In this document: piece after piece, positions 22,630 to 37,196 of the stretch
Layout: each line of letters starts with the position of its first letter
How positions within the stretch are numbered: position 1 is the stretch's first letter
The notes under the pieces: model-generated
Database searches by the model: none
The model's input: the letters and a program-made list of their open reading frames with translations, nothing else
Told to the model about the DNA's origin: nothing
Assembly: GCA_010909165.1 (NCBI GenBank)
Contig: VJWM01000044.1
Location: 434,001 to 498,000 of the forward strand
Source of the DNA: Anthoceros angustus
Lineage: Eukaryota > Plantae > Anthocerotophyta
DNA: 64,000 bases
Direction of reading: 5' to 3'
Translations under genes and position numbers: made by a program

Positions 22630-25600
22630 ATGAGAAGAGGTAGAGGCTTGGGGCGAAGTTGGGTTGTGGCCGGCGTGATTGAGGGGAAGCCTTTGAAGAA
22701 ATGGTTCGCACAGCTACGATCATTGAATTCATTGGACATCGAGAGATCCCCCCGAGCAGCACGGATTGGTAGAGACTTCTATCGACCCTGGATTGAGCAT
22801 GGAGCTGAGGAATGTGGGAGGTCCAAGTTTCTTCCCGCCGCCATGCAGATGTGTTGTGACCGTAGACGCAGAGATGTTGGCTGTGGTAGTCTGTGGTCCT
22901 TGCATGTTTTTTGTTTTTGACAGTTTCTTCAACTTTGCAGAGCGGCAGGAGGCCTACATGATGGACGCTGGGACAACCCAATTGAGGCCTTGGACCTTCT
23001 GGTGCAGCGAGGATCTTATGTGCCGCCGTCTGTCGTGTATGATGTGCTCAAGGGGTGCATGGGAAAGAAAGATGTGGCTATGGGCAGGCGTGCTCATTCT
23101 CTTGCCCTTCAATCCGGCTACGAGTCGAACGCGTTCTTGGCCAACCACCTCATCCGCATGTATGCCTCACAGGGCACTTTGCAGGAGGCTACGCAGGTTT
23201 TTACCAGGCTTCCTGCACCGGACGTCTTCGTGTGGGCCTCTATTATTTCGGCACATTCTGAGTGTGGGCAGCCCACAAAGGCTATAAGCCTGTATCATGA
23301 GATGCAGCAGTCCAGTGCTATGGTGGATGATTATGTGACGGTGGCAGTGCTGAAAGCATGTGCTAGTGCCGTGGACTTGGCTTCTGGAAAGCAGGTCCAT
23401 GCTGACATATTGAAGAGTGGGGTGGAGCCAAACACATTTGTTGGCAACTGCTTGGTGGACATGTACGCCAAATGTGGGAGCTTGGAGGCTGCCCGCCGCG
23501 TGTTTGATGCATTGCCAACAAGAGATGTGGTGGCATGGACTGCCATGATTGCAGGGTATGCTCAGCATGGATTTGGTAACGAGGCTCTTAGACTGTATGC
23601 AAGGATGCAGCAGGAGGGCATCACTCCGGCCGATCGTGTGACGTTTGTCTGCCTCCTGAAAGCATGCACCATCGCTGGAGCTTTGATTGAGGGCAAGCAG
23701 CTTCATTCCCAGATTCAGGAAAGAGGCCTCGGAGAGGATCTGATGGTTGGCAACAGTCTGGTGGATATGTATGCCAAATGTGGGAGCTTGGAGGATGCTC
23801 GGAACGTGTTTGACAGCTTGCCTGTCAGAGATGTTGTGACTTGGACTGCCATAATTGCAGGATATGCTCAGCATGGTCTTGGCCAAGAAGCGCTCTCTCT
23901 TTATATGAGTATGCAGCAGGAAGGAGTCTCTCTGGCCAACAGTTTCACGCTCGTATGCCTGCTGAAAGCATGTGCTGCCATTGGAGCTCTGCATGAGGGA
24001 AAACGGCTCCATTCCCTCATTCAGGAACAAGGGCTGGAATCTGATGTGGTCGTTGGTACCAGCCTGGTGGACATGTACGCCAAGTGTGGGAGCTTGGAAG
24101 ATGCACGAAGAGTTTTTCAGACACTGCCCACCAAAAATGTGGTAACATGGACTGCTATGATCTCGGCATGCACACAGCGTGGGCTTGCCCAGGAGGCTAT
24201 CACCCTCTACGCCGGTATGCAACAGGGGGGCATCGAACCAGCCAATTCTGTTACGTTTGTGTCTCTCCTGAAAGCATGTGCCAGTGTGGGAGCGTTGTGT
24301 GATGGCAGGGAGATGCATTCTCAGATCCGGAAGAGGGGACTGGAATCTGATGTGGTTGTTGCCAACAGCCTGGTGGACATGTATGCAAAATGTGGCAGCT
24401 TAGAGGATGCCCGCCTGGTGTTTGACAGATTAGAGACGAAAGATGTAGTAACGTGGAATGCCATGATCGCAGGATATGCTCAGAATGGGGACGGGCAAGA
24501 AGCACTGAGCCTGTATAGATGTATGCAGCAGGAGGGGGTTTCTCCAGCTGATGGTGTCACATTCGTGTGCCTCTTGAAAGCTTGTGCCAGTGCTGGGGCC
24601 TTGCCCGAGGCAAAGGAGCTGCAGACTCAGATTCAGGAAAGTGGTTTGGAAGCCGATGTAATTGTTGCCAATGGCCTGGTGGACGTGTATGCAAAATGCG
24701 GGAGCTTGGAGGATGCTCGCACAGTGTTTGAGCGGATGCCCATTAAGGATGTAGTCTCCTGGAATGCCTTGATATCAGGGTACTTGCAGCATGGGCTTGC
24801 GCAAGAATCTCTCACGCTGTACGCCCGTATGGAGGTGGAGGCCATAACTCAAGCTGATCATGTCACATTTATGTGCCTACTGAGGGCATGTGCAAGCATC
24901 GGAGGCTTGCATCAGGGGAAGCAGCTTCATGCTCGGATTCAGGACGCAGGACTGGAAGCCGATGTCATGATTGGCAGCTGCCTGGTGGACATGTACGCGA
25001 AGTGCGGGAGCTTAGAGGATGCTCGCAGAGCGTTTGACAGGTTGCCCAGACGAGATGTTGCCACATGGAACTCCCTGCTGAACGGCTGCAGCCAACACGG
25101 GGACGGGAGGCTGGCTGTGCAGTGGTTACAGGAGATGCAGCAACAGGGAGTTGAGCCTGATGAAGCCACGTTCACTTGCCTCCTCGTGGCTTGCACTCGC
25201 GAAGGCTTGGTGCATGAAGGTTTCGAGCTTTTCAATTCCATGCTCCAAAACCACGGTGTGGCCCCTAACGCTTACCACCACAACTGCCTGGTGGACTTGC
25301 TTGCCCGCGCAGGCCGCATGGCCGAGGCAGAAGACCTGCTGCGATCCATGCCCGTGCAGGACAACATAGTCGGATGGACATCCTTGCTCACAGCTTGCAA
25401 GACTTTCGGTGACCTAGACCGCGGCCAGCGATGCTTCGACATTCTCACCACAGTGCAACCTGACCACGTCCCGGCGTATACCTTAATGGCCAACAGCTTC
25501 GCCGACGCCGGCCTGTGGCAGGACGTGGCCAGGATAGAATCGTTGAGAATAACCGCAGGTGCCTTCAAGAAGCCTGCCAGGGCGTGGATCGAGCTCAACA

Positions 25601-25971
25601 GCAAGGTACACGCCTTCACCGTCGGCGAGGACAGGGATGACGTCTCCTCCAAACTAACAAGCGTGAACCTGCGCATCAAGGAGCTAGGAGGCCATGTCCC
25701 GCGCACGGACCTGGTGCTCAAGGTAGCTTCGGACGCCGAAAAGGAAGACGCCCTGTGCGGCCACGCTGAGAAGCTAGCTCTGGCATACGGCCTCCTCAAC
25801 ACTCCAGACGGCACCAGCCTGCTGGTCACCAAGAACCTCCGCATGTGCGACGACTGCCATAGCGGCACCAAGGTCATGTCCAAGATCGAGAAGCGGGAGA
25901 TCATAGTCCGAGACGCCCGCCGTGTTCACCGGTTTGTGGATGGAGTCTGTTCTTGCGGAGACCGCCATTGA
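22630..25971 (+). CDS. PLS-class PPR-DYW protein of the DYW:KP / DRH type (candidate U-to-C RNA editing factor)
   Basis: About 23 PLS motifs, E1, E2, then KKPARAWIE...HAEKLA...KNLRMCDDCH...CSCGDRH*. The main exon starts after the acceptor TTGCAG at 22940. The first exon and the start at 22630 are inferred. Confidence 0.93.
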
Positions 25972-26766
25972 TCCGAGCGCCGAGCCTCAAGGTGAATCAA
26001 AATTGCAATGAAGACGAATCAAAACCGTGTGTTCCCCATGCAATCCGCAGCCGTCGCTCGGCGCATGGCGTGGCGACCGCCATGGATGCGAGCAGGAAGC
26101 TTGAAGCCGATGCGACGATGATGTCGCTTCCTGGCCCCATCCTGGCGCGAGCAGCGAGCGTGAAGATGAATCAGAACCGTATGTATGTCTGAAGAAGGAT
26201 ACGTACCTGGATGTGCAGTGTGTGTAAATACCTACATGGACTACACACGATATGGCACACAGCGTGAAAGATGTCACGTGATAATGAAGCGGGATGGAAT
26301 TAATGAAACGAGCCAGAGCCAATCGTTTATTTATAGTTTTGTGAGAAACGCACGGAGATAGTAGGGCCCAGTTCCGCCGGCGCTCCGGCTGGATTCCGCC
26401 GGCGTTCCGCCAGCTGCTCGGAGCGAGGCAATGGGGCAAATTGTTTAGAGCTATTGTACCAAACCCCGCCTTTTTCCAGCCCTGTGCCGCAGTCTCTTTC
26501 TTCTTTCTCCTTCTTCTTTCTCGCTCATTCCGTTCTTCCCGCCACACTATCCACCCAAGCATCCATTCCGCGAGCACCTCCGGGGTGATGCGATGCGGAT
26601 CGTGGGAGCCGAGTCCTGAGCCGTCGCCCATCGCGTGCGCTGATTTTTTCCAGCTCGGTAGTCGTGTGTTTCGGCAGAAATCGGTGGTGGGAGTGGAGGG
26701 ATTTGCGGCTTCTCTACGGCACGGCTGGCTGCGCCTCGGCCGCGGCTCCGGCTCTCTGACTTCTGA

Positions 26767-28826
<2,060 letters not shown>

Positions 28827-31520
28827 ATCTCTCCAAACCTGTACCATATGAACCTTGTGAAGGAAAGTTGCACACACTGGCAGAACGGAACCTGGTATTC
28901 TGTTTTGAAGGGAATGCCCTAGTCAACTCCTGTCACTCTACATCTCACAGGAAGAAGACAGTTTTAAGATTGAGCCTTCTTTCTGCTACTATTTTTTTCG
29001 GGTGGACTTGTGTTGAGCTCAGTTTGCAAGTCTCCCTATCCCCGTCTACTCTTTGTAGCTGAGGCTAGCCCTTCTCGGTTGAAGTACCCAGTGGAATGTA
29101 CCAATTAAGGCTGTTGTTACCCGATACTAGATATGGAGCAGTCGATGTGAAAGTGGTGCTTGGTTTAACCGTCTCCATCGTATTGGAGTTACATTATTGT
29201 CACCACCGTGCAGGCTTGCCTGGTGCTCTGGTGTCTCCCAAGTGGTTGTTAACATTGACATTGATGCATTTCCCTCATCCATGCAGGGGGAGCAACGCAA
29301 TCGGAAACGTATCACATGAACAGCGTTGGAAGGTAAGAGAACCCCTGAAATCTGTGATCTCCTTTCCGCTGTCACTCTCATGGTCTTTTGCTGGTGGAGT
29401 TACATGAGGGCACGCTTCCCGCCCACAGCCCCATCAGTGACGGGCGGGAAATGGTCATCTTCCTTTACCTGGATCAAAAAATGCTAACGTGACGAGAGTG
29501 CGGTTCCGGGGGCGTGATTTTGGCATGAATCCCTGGCCAGCCCTGGATGCTGGTCAGTGGTGAAGTCTCACAACAGTCTCCCCCCTGCAGCCGAGCAATG
29601 ACAGCCAGCTGTCGCCGTCGTAGCAAAGGCTAGGTTGGCCGCATTAAAAGGCTTTGTATGCGCAGCTCCCTCGCTTCAGCCTGGCTGGCCCACAACCTTG
29701 GCATCTGTGATCCTGTCTCTGGCTGAACGGTAGTGTGTTGTTGTGCAGGCCGGGCGAGCCAGAGATTCTCATTTATGTCTGTCGAGCTTTCATCAGCAGC
29801 TGCTCAAGGTGGGCCAGTGACCACTCTGACTCTACCCCCGGCTGGGCTCATCAGTGGGCTGCACTGCATGCGATGCCGTGACAACAGCCCTGCCAGGTCG
29901 CCCCAGTTGGCGGGTGTCATGCGGCGTCGTCACACCTTCACGACCTCGGTTGGTGCCAGTCCCGTTCGAAGCTCGGAGAAACTGGAACGTGGTGCAGAGA
30001 GCAGTCGACGCGCGGCGGTTGGACGGTTCCGCTTGGCCGGTTCGAGCTACGAGGCTAACGAAGCGAAGGAAAGCAGGCACGCACACATATTCCTAGGTCA
30101 ACTAGTCTACTAGGTACTAGGTAGTTCATGTTCCTTCATCGAAGTCGGCTCCATGCCTCACCATTGGAAAGCAATCTTTTCATAGTCAGCATGTAGGCTT
30201 TAAAATAAGAAATGATGAGCAATATTAAGCAGAATATAATTTTTTAAATTTTGATTTGAGTATTTTATACTTAATTAGAGAATCACGATGAAGTCACGAC
30301 CTGTTAAATAAAATGAATGTTCTCTACAAGTTATAGGTATCCAAGGGATAATCTACAAAATCTTCCTAAATGGGGTCTCTTGCATGTGGAGAATCTTTCA
30401 AAATAGGGTCTCATGCACCTCCACATACCCTTATGAATGGAAGGTATTACAAGAGCCTGCGATTTCAACCATGACCATCCTCGAGTTTGTAAGTGACATA
30501 AGATTGGATGCTTAGTTAGAGGATGAGGACTGGCTTTGCAAGTGAACCTCACACATTCTAGGATGTGTCTACAAAGTTTTTTCAGAAAATGGATGTTTGT
30601 GGCCTCCTTGGACCCGGTGGTTGCGAAATGGCCTAAAAATTGTGAAGGCCGCATCCATGGTCACATTGTTTTTTTCTCACACATATATGGGTAGTCCAAG
30701 TGAGCATGGTACGTCCATAGCATGTCTTCACTGTCTTTCTCTTGAATTAATTATAGTAAAAAAATAAAAATAGCCTTGGAAAGAAAATAGCTACAGCCTC
30801 CGGCCTGAGAAAAGGTGTGGGTAGGATGGAGAATTGACAGGGCTCTAGACTCTATGGATTCTATCTTTATGAGCTTCTTAATTATTGGCAGGCCCCTTTG
30901 GTGGACTCTGTAGATTTTGGCCTCTTTTTTCTCATCTAGTTATTGTATTTTTAGGTACTCCATTTTTCACTCCTTTTATACTTTTACGCTGTACCAGGTC
31001 TGTCCCTCGTATGCTTAGTGGATAAATGAAGTTGTTGACATATGTTGCGGTCAGGCAACCCGAGCAGCTCCTGATGTATTCCATATTTATATAAAACTAT
31101 ATCCCAGGTACATATGTATATGTATACGGGCGTCGCTCCAATGGCCGTTGGGCGAAACTGGGAGCGACGGATGCGTGGCTCGAAACTTCCGCGGAAGCAG
31201 CGCCCTGAAGTTCAAATCCATGCATTCGAACTTGTGAGGGGAAGAAAGATGGTAAAAACGCGAGACTCGGCCTAGGTCATAACTTTCACGCTGTTTTAAT
31301 ACTAAATATATTGATATTGCTGTGGCCACTCCGACAGTGCCAGCTCCCGCGGCTGCTGGACTTGTGGTGCTCAATCCGCCCGGCCTCGAGCCCGTCATTG
31401 CTCGGGCGCCAATTTCCACTTGTGCTTCCGATTTTGCTTCCCCGGTCGTGTGCATTTGAGTTGTGCTGGGCTTCCGTGCTGCGGATCCGACCAGGTTCTT
31501 GAGGTCAGGTGGCAGAACAG

Positions 31521-31540
31521 TGTGTGTGTGTGTGTGTGTG
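31521..31540. repeat. (TG)10 microsatellite in the UGT80 5-prime region
   Basis: Direct reading of the sequence. Confidence 0.9.
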
Positions 31541-32048
31541 TTTTGGTGTGAGTCAGTCAGGATTTGGGGGAGTGTTCACAGGCGGGCCTGCTGTGCGCAC
31601 GGGATGCGGCATAGCGTGGTGCTCGGCTGCAGAGGAATTGGAGAAAGGAGGTCATTGGAGTGGGGATTTTGGGAGTATGTGCAGAGTGAATTATCTGATC
31701 GCTCGGCTGGCCTGCTGGAGGGATTTGCGCTCTTCGCTTGTGATGGGGTGGAATACTGGCCGGTGCGGTATACTCGTGTGCTGCAACAATGAGATGTAGT
31801 CCGGTTAAGTAGCAGGTGTGAGTGAATTTGTGGCTTTACAGCTGGCCAGGAGGTGAGCTGAGGAATCCAGTGAGCTTGCTGCTTACTGTTTTGGATTTTG
31901 ATGGACAGAGCTGCGTGGGAGGAATGAAGCGGATCTGTGCCTGAATCCTACTGTCCAAGCTGCTTCTGGTGGCGGGGTTTCTGCGGAAGTGATTGGGAGA
32001 AGAGGATGACAAATTGTCGCCAGTCAAGTCTTCACTAGAGACGTCTCA

Positions 32049-35000
32049 ATGGAGGTCATGGACGACTCGCCTGCCTCCCCTGTTTCTTCATCTCCGGCTC
32101 GGCACTCTTCCTCCAGCAGCTCCTCCGAGTCGGATAGGGATAGCACTACTTCTTCGCCTTCTTCCAGTTCTTCAGATTCCTCGTCCTCTACTTCATTGTC
32201 GTCCTCTCCTTCTCGAAGTTCAAGTAGCGCATCTAGCCGCCGTTCATCAGGTTCCTCGTCACCAGCTCATGTTGGTGCTGTTTCCTCCCTTTTTGTACCA
32301 GCTCCCTCTGCTGTGGCAGAGGTGGACTCTGGGCCACCGAAGGTGATATCACAGCTCGTGGGAGATAGTGATACCGGGCTGGAAGATGCGCAGGGAGGGG
32401 CCCTTTCGCAGGAGTCTGGGCCTGGCCTGGAAAAGTTATCGGGGCTGGGTCAAAACTCTCTTATACATCTTTCTCAGACAGCGCTGAGTGGACAACAGAA
32501 CGCGAATATTGCTCAAGAGAAAGTAGCTGATGCATCACAGAGTGTCCACCCAGACGCTGGGAAGGAAGATGCTTTGTCACAGTGGAGTGAGGGCCGCTCA
32601 GATTATTCCGAGGGTCTTGCGCATGTGGATGGCCATGAGGCTGATGGTAGGGTGGGAGCAGGGGACAGGGCTGGGTGTACTGTCGAGCCCAGTGAGTCGA
32701 AGGTGGCTGAGGAGATTCGAGGGGAGCATCCTGAACAGACTGACGTTGATGTTGAAGGGCTGTCCAATCATAGTCAGTTGTCAATGCTGGCTAAAATACA
32801 GACTGGGGTGGACGATGAGCAGATTCCGGGAACTTTGTTGAAGGAAGGACTCACAGGGGACAATGAGCCCGCTGTTCTCAATGCCCTTAGCCATGTCCGA
32901 CACGCAGATTCCCAAGAGAGACAGGCCAACGACCTGCATTTCGTCAGTGTCAGCCCGTGTTCATCTGAATACAGAGTTGAAGAAATTGATCTCTCTCGTG
33001 TGTCTGTTGAGGATTCCAATGATCGGGGTCAAGAAGCAGACTCAGCTTCTATCTGGAAGAGTCCCCGCACGCATGAGCAGGGCTCAAATGCAGCCTTGAG
33101 TTTAACACTGGACAGAGATTCTCCGGTGCATAGTCGGAATCAAGGTCAATCCTCTCCTCACCCAGGTCTGTTCATCCTTGAGAAGTAGTAGCCTCTTAGC
33201 CGAGGGTTGGAAAGGTAAAGTGTGGTTTTTGCTACATTCTGTTTTACAAATTGTCTTTGTGACATGGAACGTCTCCTGCATCACCTTTTGCCTGTTTTGT
33301 GGCATATGATCGTTTCAATGTGTCACATTTTTGCAGAACGAGAGGTGCTCCGGACGCAGTCCATGCCGGCCTCCTCGTTATCTCACCGGTATCCTGAAGA
33401 CCTGGAAAGGTATAGATCTAGGACAGGAAGGGAAGGCCATGAGAGTAGCCCGCATGAGTCCACCTCGAGATCATTTGAAAAGGGTGACGTACGCCGAAAA
33501 GTTGCAGAGAAAATCAGTGAGCGGAAGAAGGTTCATTCATTGCCCACCTTTCGGCATTCACTGACAGACTTTGAGGGACATTTCGGACTGCTGTGATCTT
33601 GTGAACTGACCGTTATGGTTTGTCTGCAACAGAAAAAGATCTTAAAACATTTGGCCACAGTGAAGTTTGACGGAACTGTGGAGTTTGATGTGGCAAGCAG
33701 TACTCGCTTTGCAGATCAGCTTTTTGGTTCTGCTTATGATCGGAGGGAAGAAATATCTCTAAACGGACACCCAGTGGCCTGCGACAAGATCATCCGGCGC
33801 TTGCAGATAGTAATGTTGATTGTAGGTACAAGGGGTGATGTCCAGCCTTTTGTTGCCATCGGCAAGCGTCTACAGGTAGGAGCAAAGCTTTGGGCTTGTT
33901 AAATTGACCAGGGGACATGGCCTCCTGGATGATAAACGTTCAGGTCATGTCACTTAACAGGAGTACGGACATCGAGTGAGGCTTGCTTCACATGCAAACT
34001 ATCGACAGTTTGTTACCTCATCTGGTCTTGAGTTTTACCCTCTGGGGGGCGACCCAAAAATTCTTGCTGGATGTACGTCTCTGCATCCCTCATTTGGTTG
34101 GAGAATGTGGAGTCACATGTGCTGATTTGGTTGTAGGGTTGACCCTGTGGGAATGGTTTTAGTTGGCTCCTGTCTTGTTCTTTTTTCGCTCTGGAAAGTT
34201 GAACACAGTTCTCTGCTCGTCCAGATATGGTGAAGAACAAGGGATTTCTACCTTCAAGTGCATCGGAGATAAGTATTCAAAGGAGGCAGATGAAGCAAAT
34301 CTGTTACTCGTTGCTTCCTGCCTGCACTGAGACGGATGGTCCCAATGGCATCCCTTTTCGAGCTGAAGCCATTATAGCAAACCCCCCTGCCTATGGTAAG
34401 CCTCACATAGCGGCCTTGGTTTCCTCTTCCTGGTCAAGTCTTTATTTTAGTTGCGGGGTTTTAGCTTCAGAAGCTTATCAGCAAAAGCGGGGTATTTGCA
34501 GGACATGTGCACGTGGCAGAAGCTCTGAAGATCCCGATTCACATTTTTTTCACCATGCCTTGGACGTGAGTAGTCTTGTCATTTTCTGATGTGTGGCTTT
34601 AGCTGTTGAGAATTTGTTCTGGGGGTAGTTTAGGGAAGCCACAGTTTCAGGTAGCTTGAACGTGAGTTTTGTCACCACTCCCTTCAGCCGCTTCATCTTC
34701 CTCTTTTTTCACCATTCCCTGAACGTCAGTAGTCACCTCCTTTTTGTTTGGCGATTCTCTCATACAAGATAGAAAGTCTCTTTATCAGGTTGATGAAATC
34801 TTAAGCCTCTGCGCACCACTGATTAATCTGAGGACCAACAACTCAATTCCCTCATCCCGTACTCCGTTTTCTGATGAGGGGTTTTGGTTGTGCAAGAAGT
34901 CTGGTAGCTGGGATACTAAGTTTCTTCTGACCACTGTTTCATCTGCAGACCAACATCTCAGTTTCCGCATCCATTGGCACGAGTTAGTGTTCGATCACCA

Positions 35001-36732
35001 GCTGCTTATCGTGTAAGTGTACACCCTGGCTTAGTTGTGCCATAGCTCTTCTAGCAGCTTCATTTTTTGGAAGTGACCTGTAGCTAACGTGACTACTTCT
35101 AGTTTTATGCGACACATGGTCTGCGCCATATTTATGTGATGGTAGGCCAGCAGTCCAGCTTTGTTTGAGTTCCATCTATTTCTTTGTGCAGCTCTCATAT
35201 CAAGTTGTGGATATGCTTATCTGGTGGGGCATAAGAAGCATCATTAATAATTTTCGGAGGAAAAAGTTGAAACTCAAGCCTATTACTTACCTGAGTGGGT
35301 CGCAAGGTTCAATTACAAATCTACCAACTGGGTACATTTGGAGTCCTCATCTTGTTCCAAAACCAAGAGGTCCGTTTTTTTATCGATTCAGACTTTCAAC
35401 CATTTGTTGAGAGTTAGTTTGGTTGATAGCTGTTGGGAGATGGTAGTTGATCGTAGAGAATTGATTGTAGTTTCGTGGACTGCAGATTGGGGGTCCCGAA
35501 TCGATGTGGTTGGCTTTTGCTTCTTGAATCAGGCTACTGATTATAAGCCTCCTGATGATCTTGTGAAGTGGCTGATGGCTGGAGATCCACCTGTATATAT
35601 CGGGTTTGGAAGTTTGGTGAGTCTCTTTGCTGGGAATGTCTATTTTCTTAGGTTTTCGATTTTCAAGGATTTCCAGAATCTGCAGTCCATGAAGAGAGCA
35701 GCACATTCACAGGCGTTCGACTTTTACTACTTTGGCTTCACCTGATTTTGACTGTTGACGTTCTTTCCTTCTGAAGCCTGTGCAAAATCCAGATGGAATG
35801 ACGAATATTATTGTTAAGGCCTTGGAGAAGACCCATCAAAGGGGATTGATTGATAGGGGCTGGGGTGGAATGGGTGCCAAATGTAAGTTTGGCATCCCTC
35901 ACTTTCCACACAGAAAATTTTACGGCAGGAATTTGCGAAAAGTCACCTTTTTTTCAAATGTGTTGTGTTGTGGTGTGCAGTGGGCCCCAATCTTCCGGGA
36001 TGTGTCTACCTCATAGAAAACATTCCTCATGACTGGCTGTTCCCTCGTTGTGCGGCAGTGGTATGTATCTAGTTGTGTGATGCACGATTGTTGGTCCATG
36101 TACCAGGTGCTGAGCAGCCAACTAGCTAAGCTAATTGGTTTCATCTCCACTGTCCAGGTTCACCATGGCGGAGCGGGGACTACCGCGGCTGGTTTACGAG
36201 CTGCGGTGATACTTTGAACTCCTGCTTATTTATTGCCTAGCCAGTGGCGACTGTAGTCACTTGTTCCACTACAACATCTCGTGCCTGTCTCGCAGTGTCC
36301 GACAACCATTGTTCCCTTTTTCGGGGACCAACCATTTTGGGGTGAACGGGTGCATGAGAAGGGAGTTGGACCGGCACCTGTCTCCGTGGGCCATTTCACT
36401 CTTGACAAGCTTGTGAAGGCCATTGAATTCATGATGCAACCTGTGGTACGCTCTCTGAAAATGCTCATGTGGCTCCGACGTATGAGTTAGATGTAACCTT
36501 GGACTAATGGCTTTATCCCCAATACCGGCAGGTTAAGGAGCGAGCAGTTGAACTGGCAAAGAACATGGAAAACGAGCAGGGTGTGCAAGGGGCGGTGGAA
36601 GCCTTTCATAAGCACTTGCCAGACATGAACGAGCCGCCAGTACCGGTTAAACTGCCACGTAGCTTCTCTCGAAAGCTAGCTGATGCGTTCAATCAGGTGG
36701 CCACTTGTTGTAGTTCTTCGAGGAACAGGTAG
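32049..36732 (+). CDS. UGT80: Sterol 3-beta-glucosyltransferase (UGT80 family) with long Ser-rich N-terminal extension
   Basis: LQIVMLIVGTRGDVQPFVAIGKRLQ, AEAIIANPPAYG, FFTMPW, GDPPVYIGFGSL, VHHGGAGTTAAGLRA, PFFGDQPFWG and the end EAFHKHLP...SSRNR* are present. Confidence 0.93.
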
Positions 36733-37196
36733 GAATAGTCATCCGGTTTAGTGGTGATGTGTAAGTTAAATGTTATTGTCTCTGTCAGCATTCAACTCGA
36801 CCCTCCATGTCGTAGTTGTGACAAGATGATCTACTGGTGACTTCAAGGGCATATTGCCCGTTTCACCTTTGTTGAGTCTCGATTCTTTGTGAGCATGATT
36901 GTCAGTTGAATATCAAGATGTAAAGAGAGGTTACAGAATTGCTTGGCTGATGAGAAAAATCGTTTACAAAAGATGTGGTTCTGTGTAGAATATGTACAGA
37001 AGACATGATGCCAAGAGATTTGCCGATTGCAATAAACAGAATTCAATTACATAATTACCCTCGTCTGATGATAGATTTAGCTTTCAGTTATGAGAGCATG
37101 TGGACATGTCTACAAAACGTGAATTGAGAGCGTAGGCTTAACAATACAGTTGCAACTGCTCTGCGATCCAGCGTTCGCATTTGGAAAGAAAGAGCC

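Noticed and set aside
23167-24318. 383-aa antisense ORF, and similar ones over PK (39694-40374) and mTERF (57835-58914)
   Set aside because: These are shadow frames of well-supported genes on the opposite strand with no recognisable domains.
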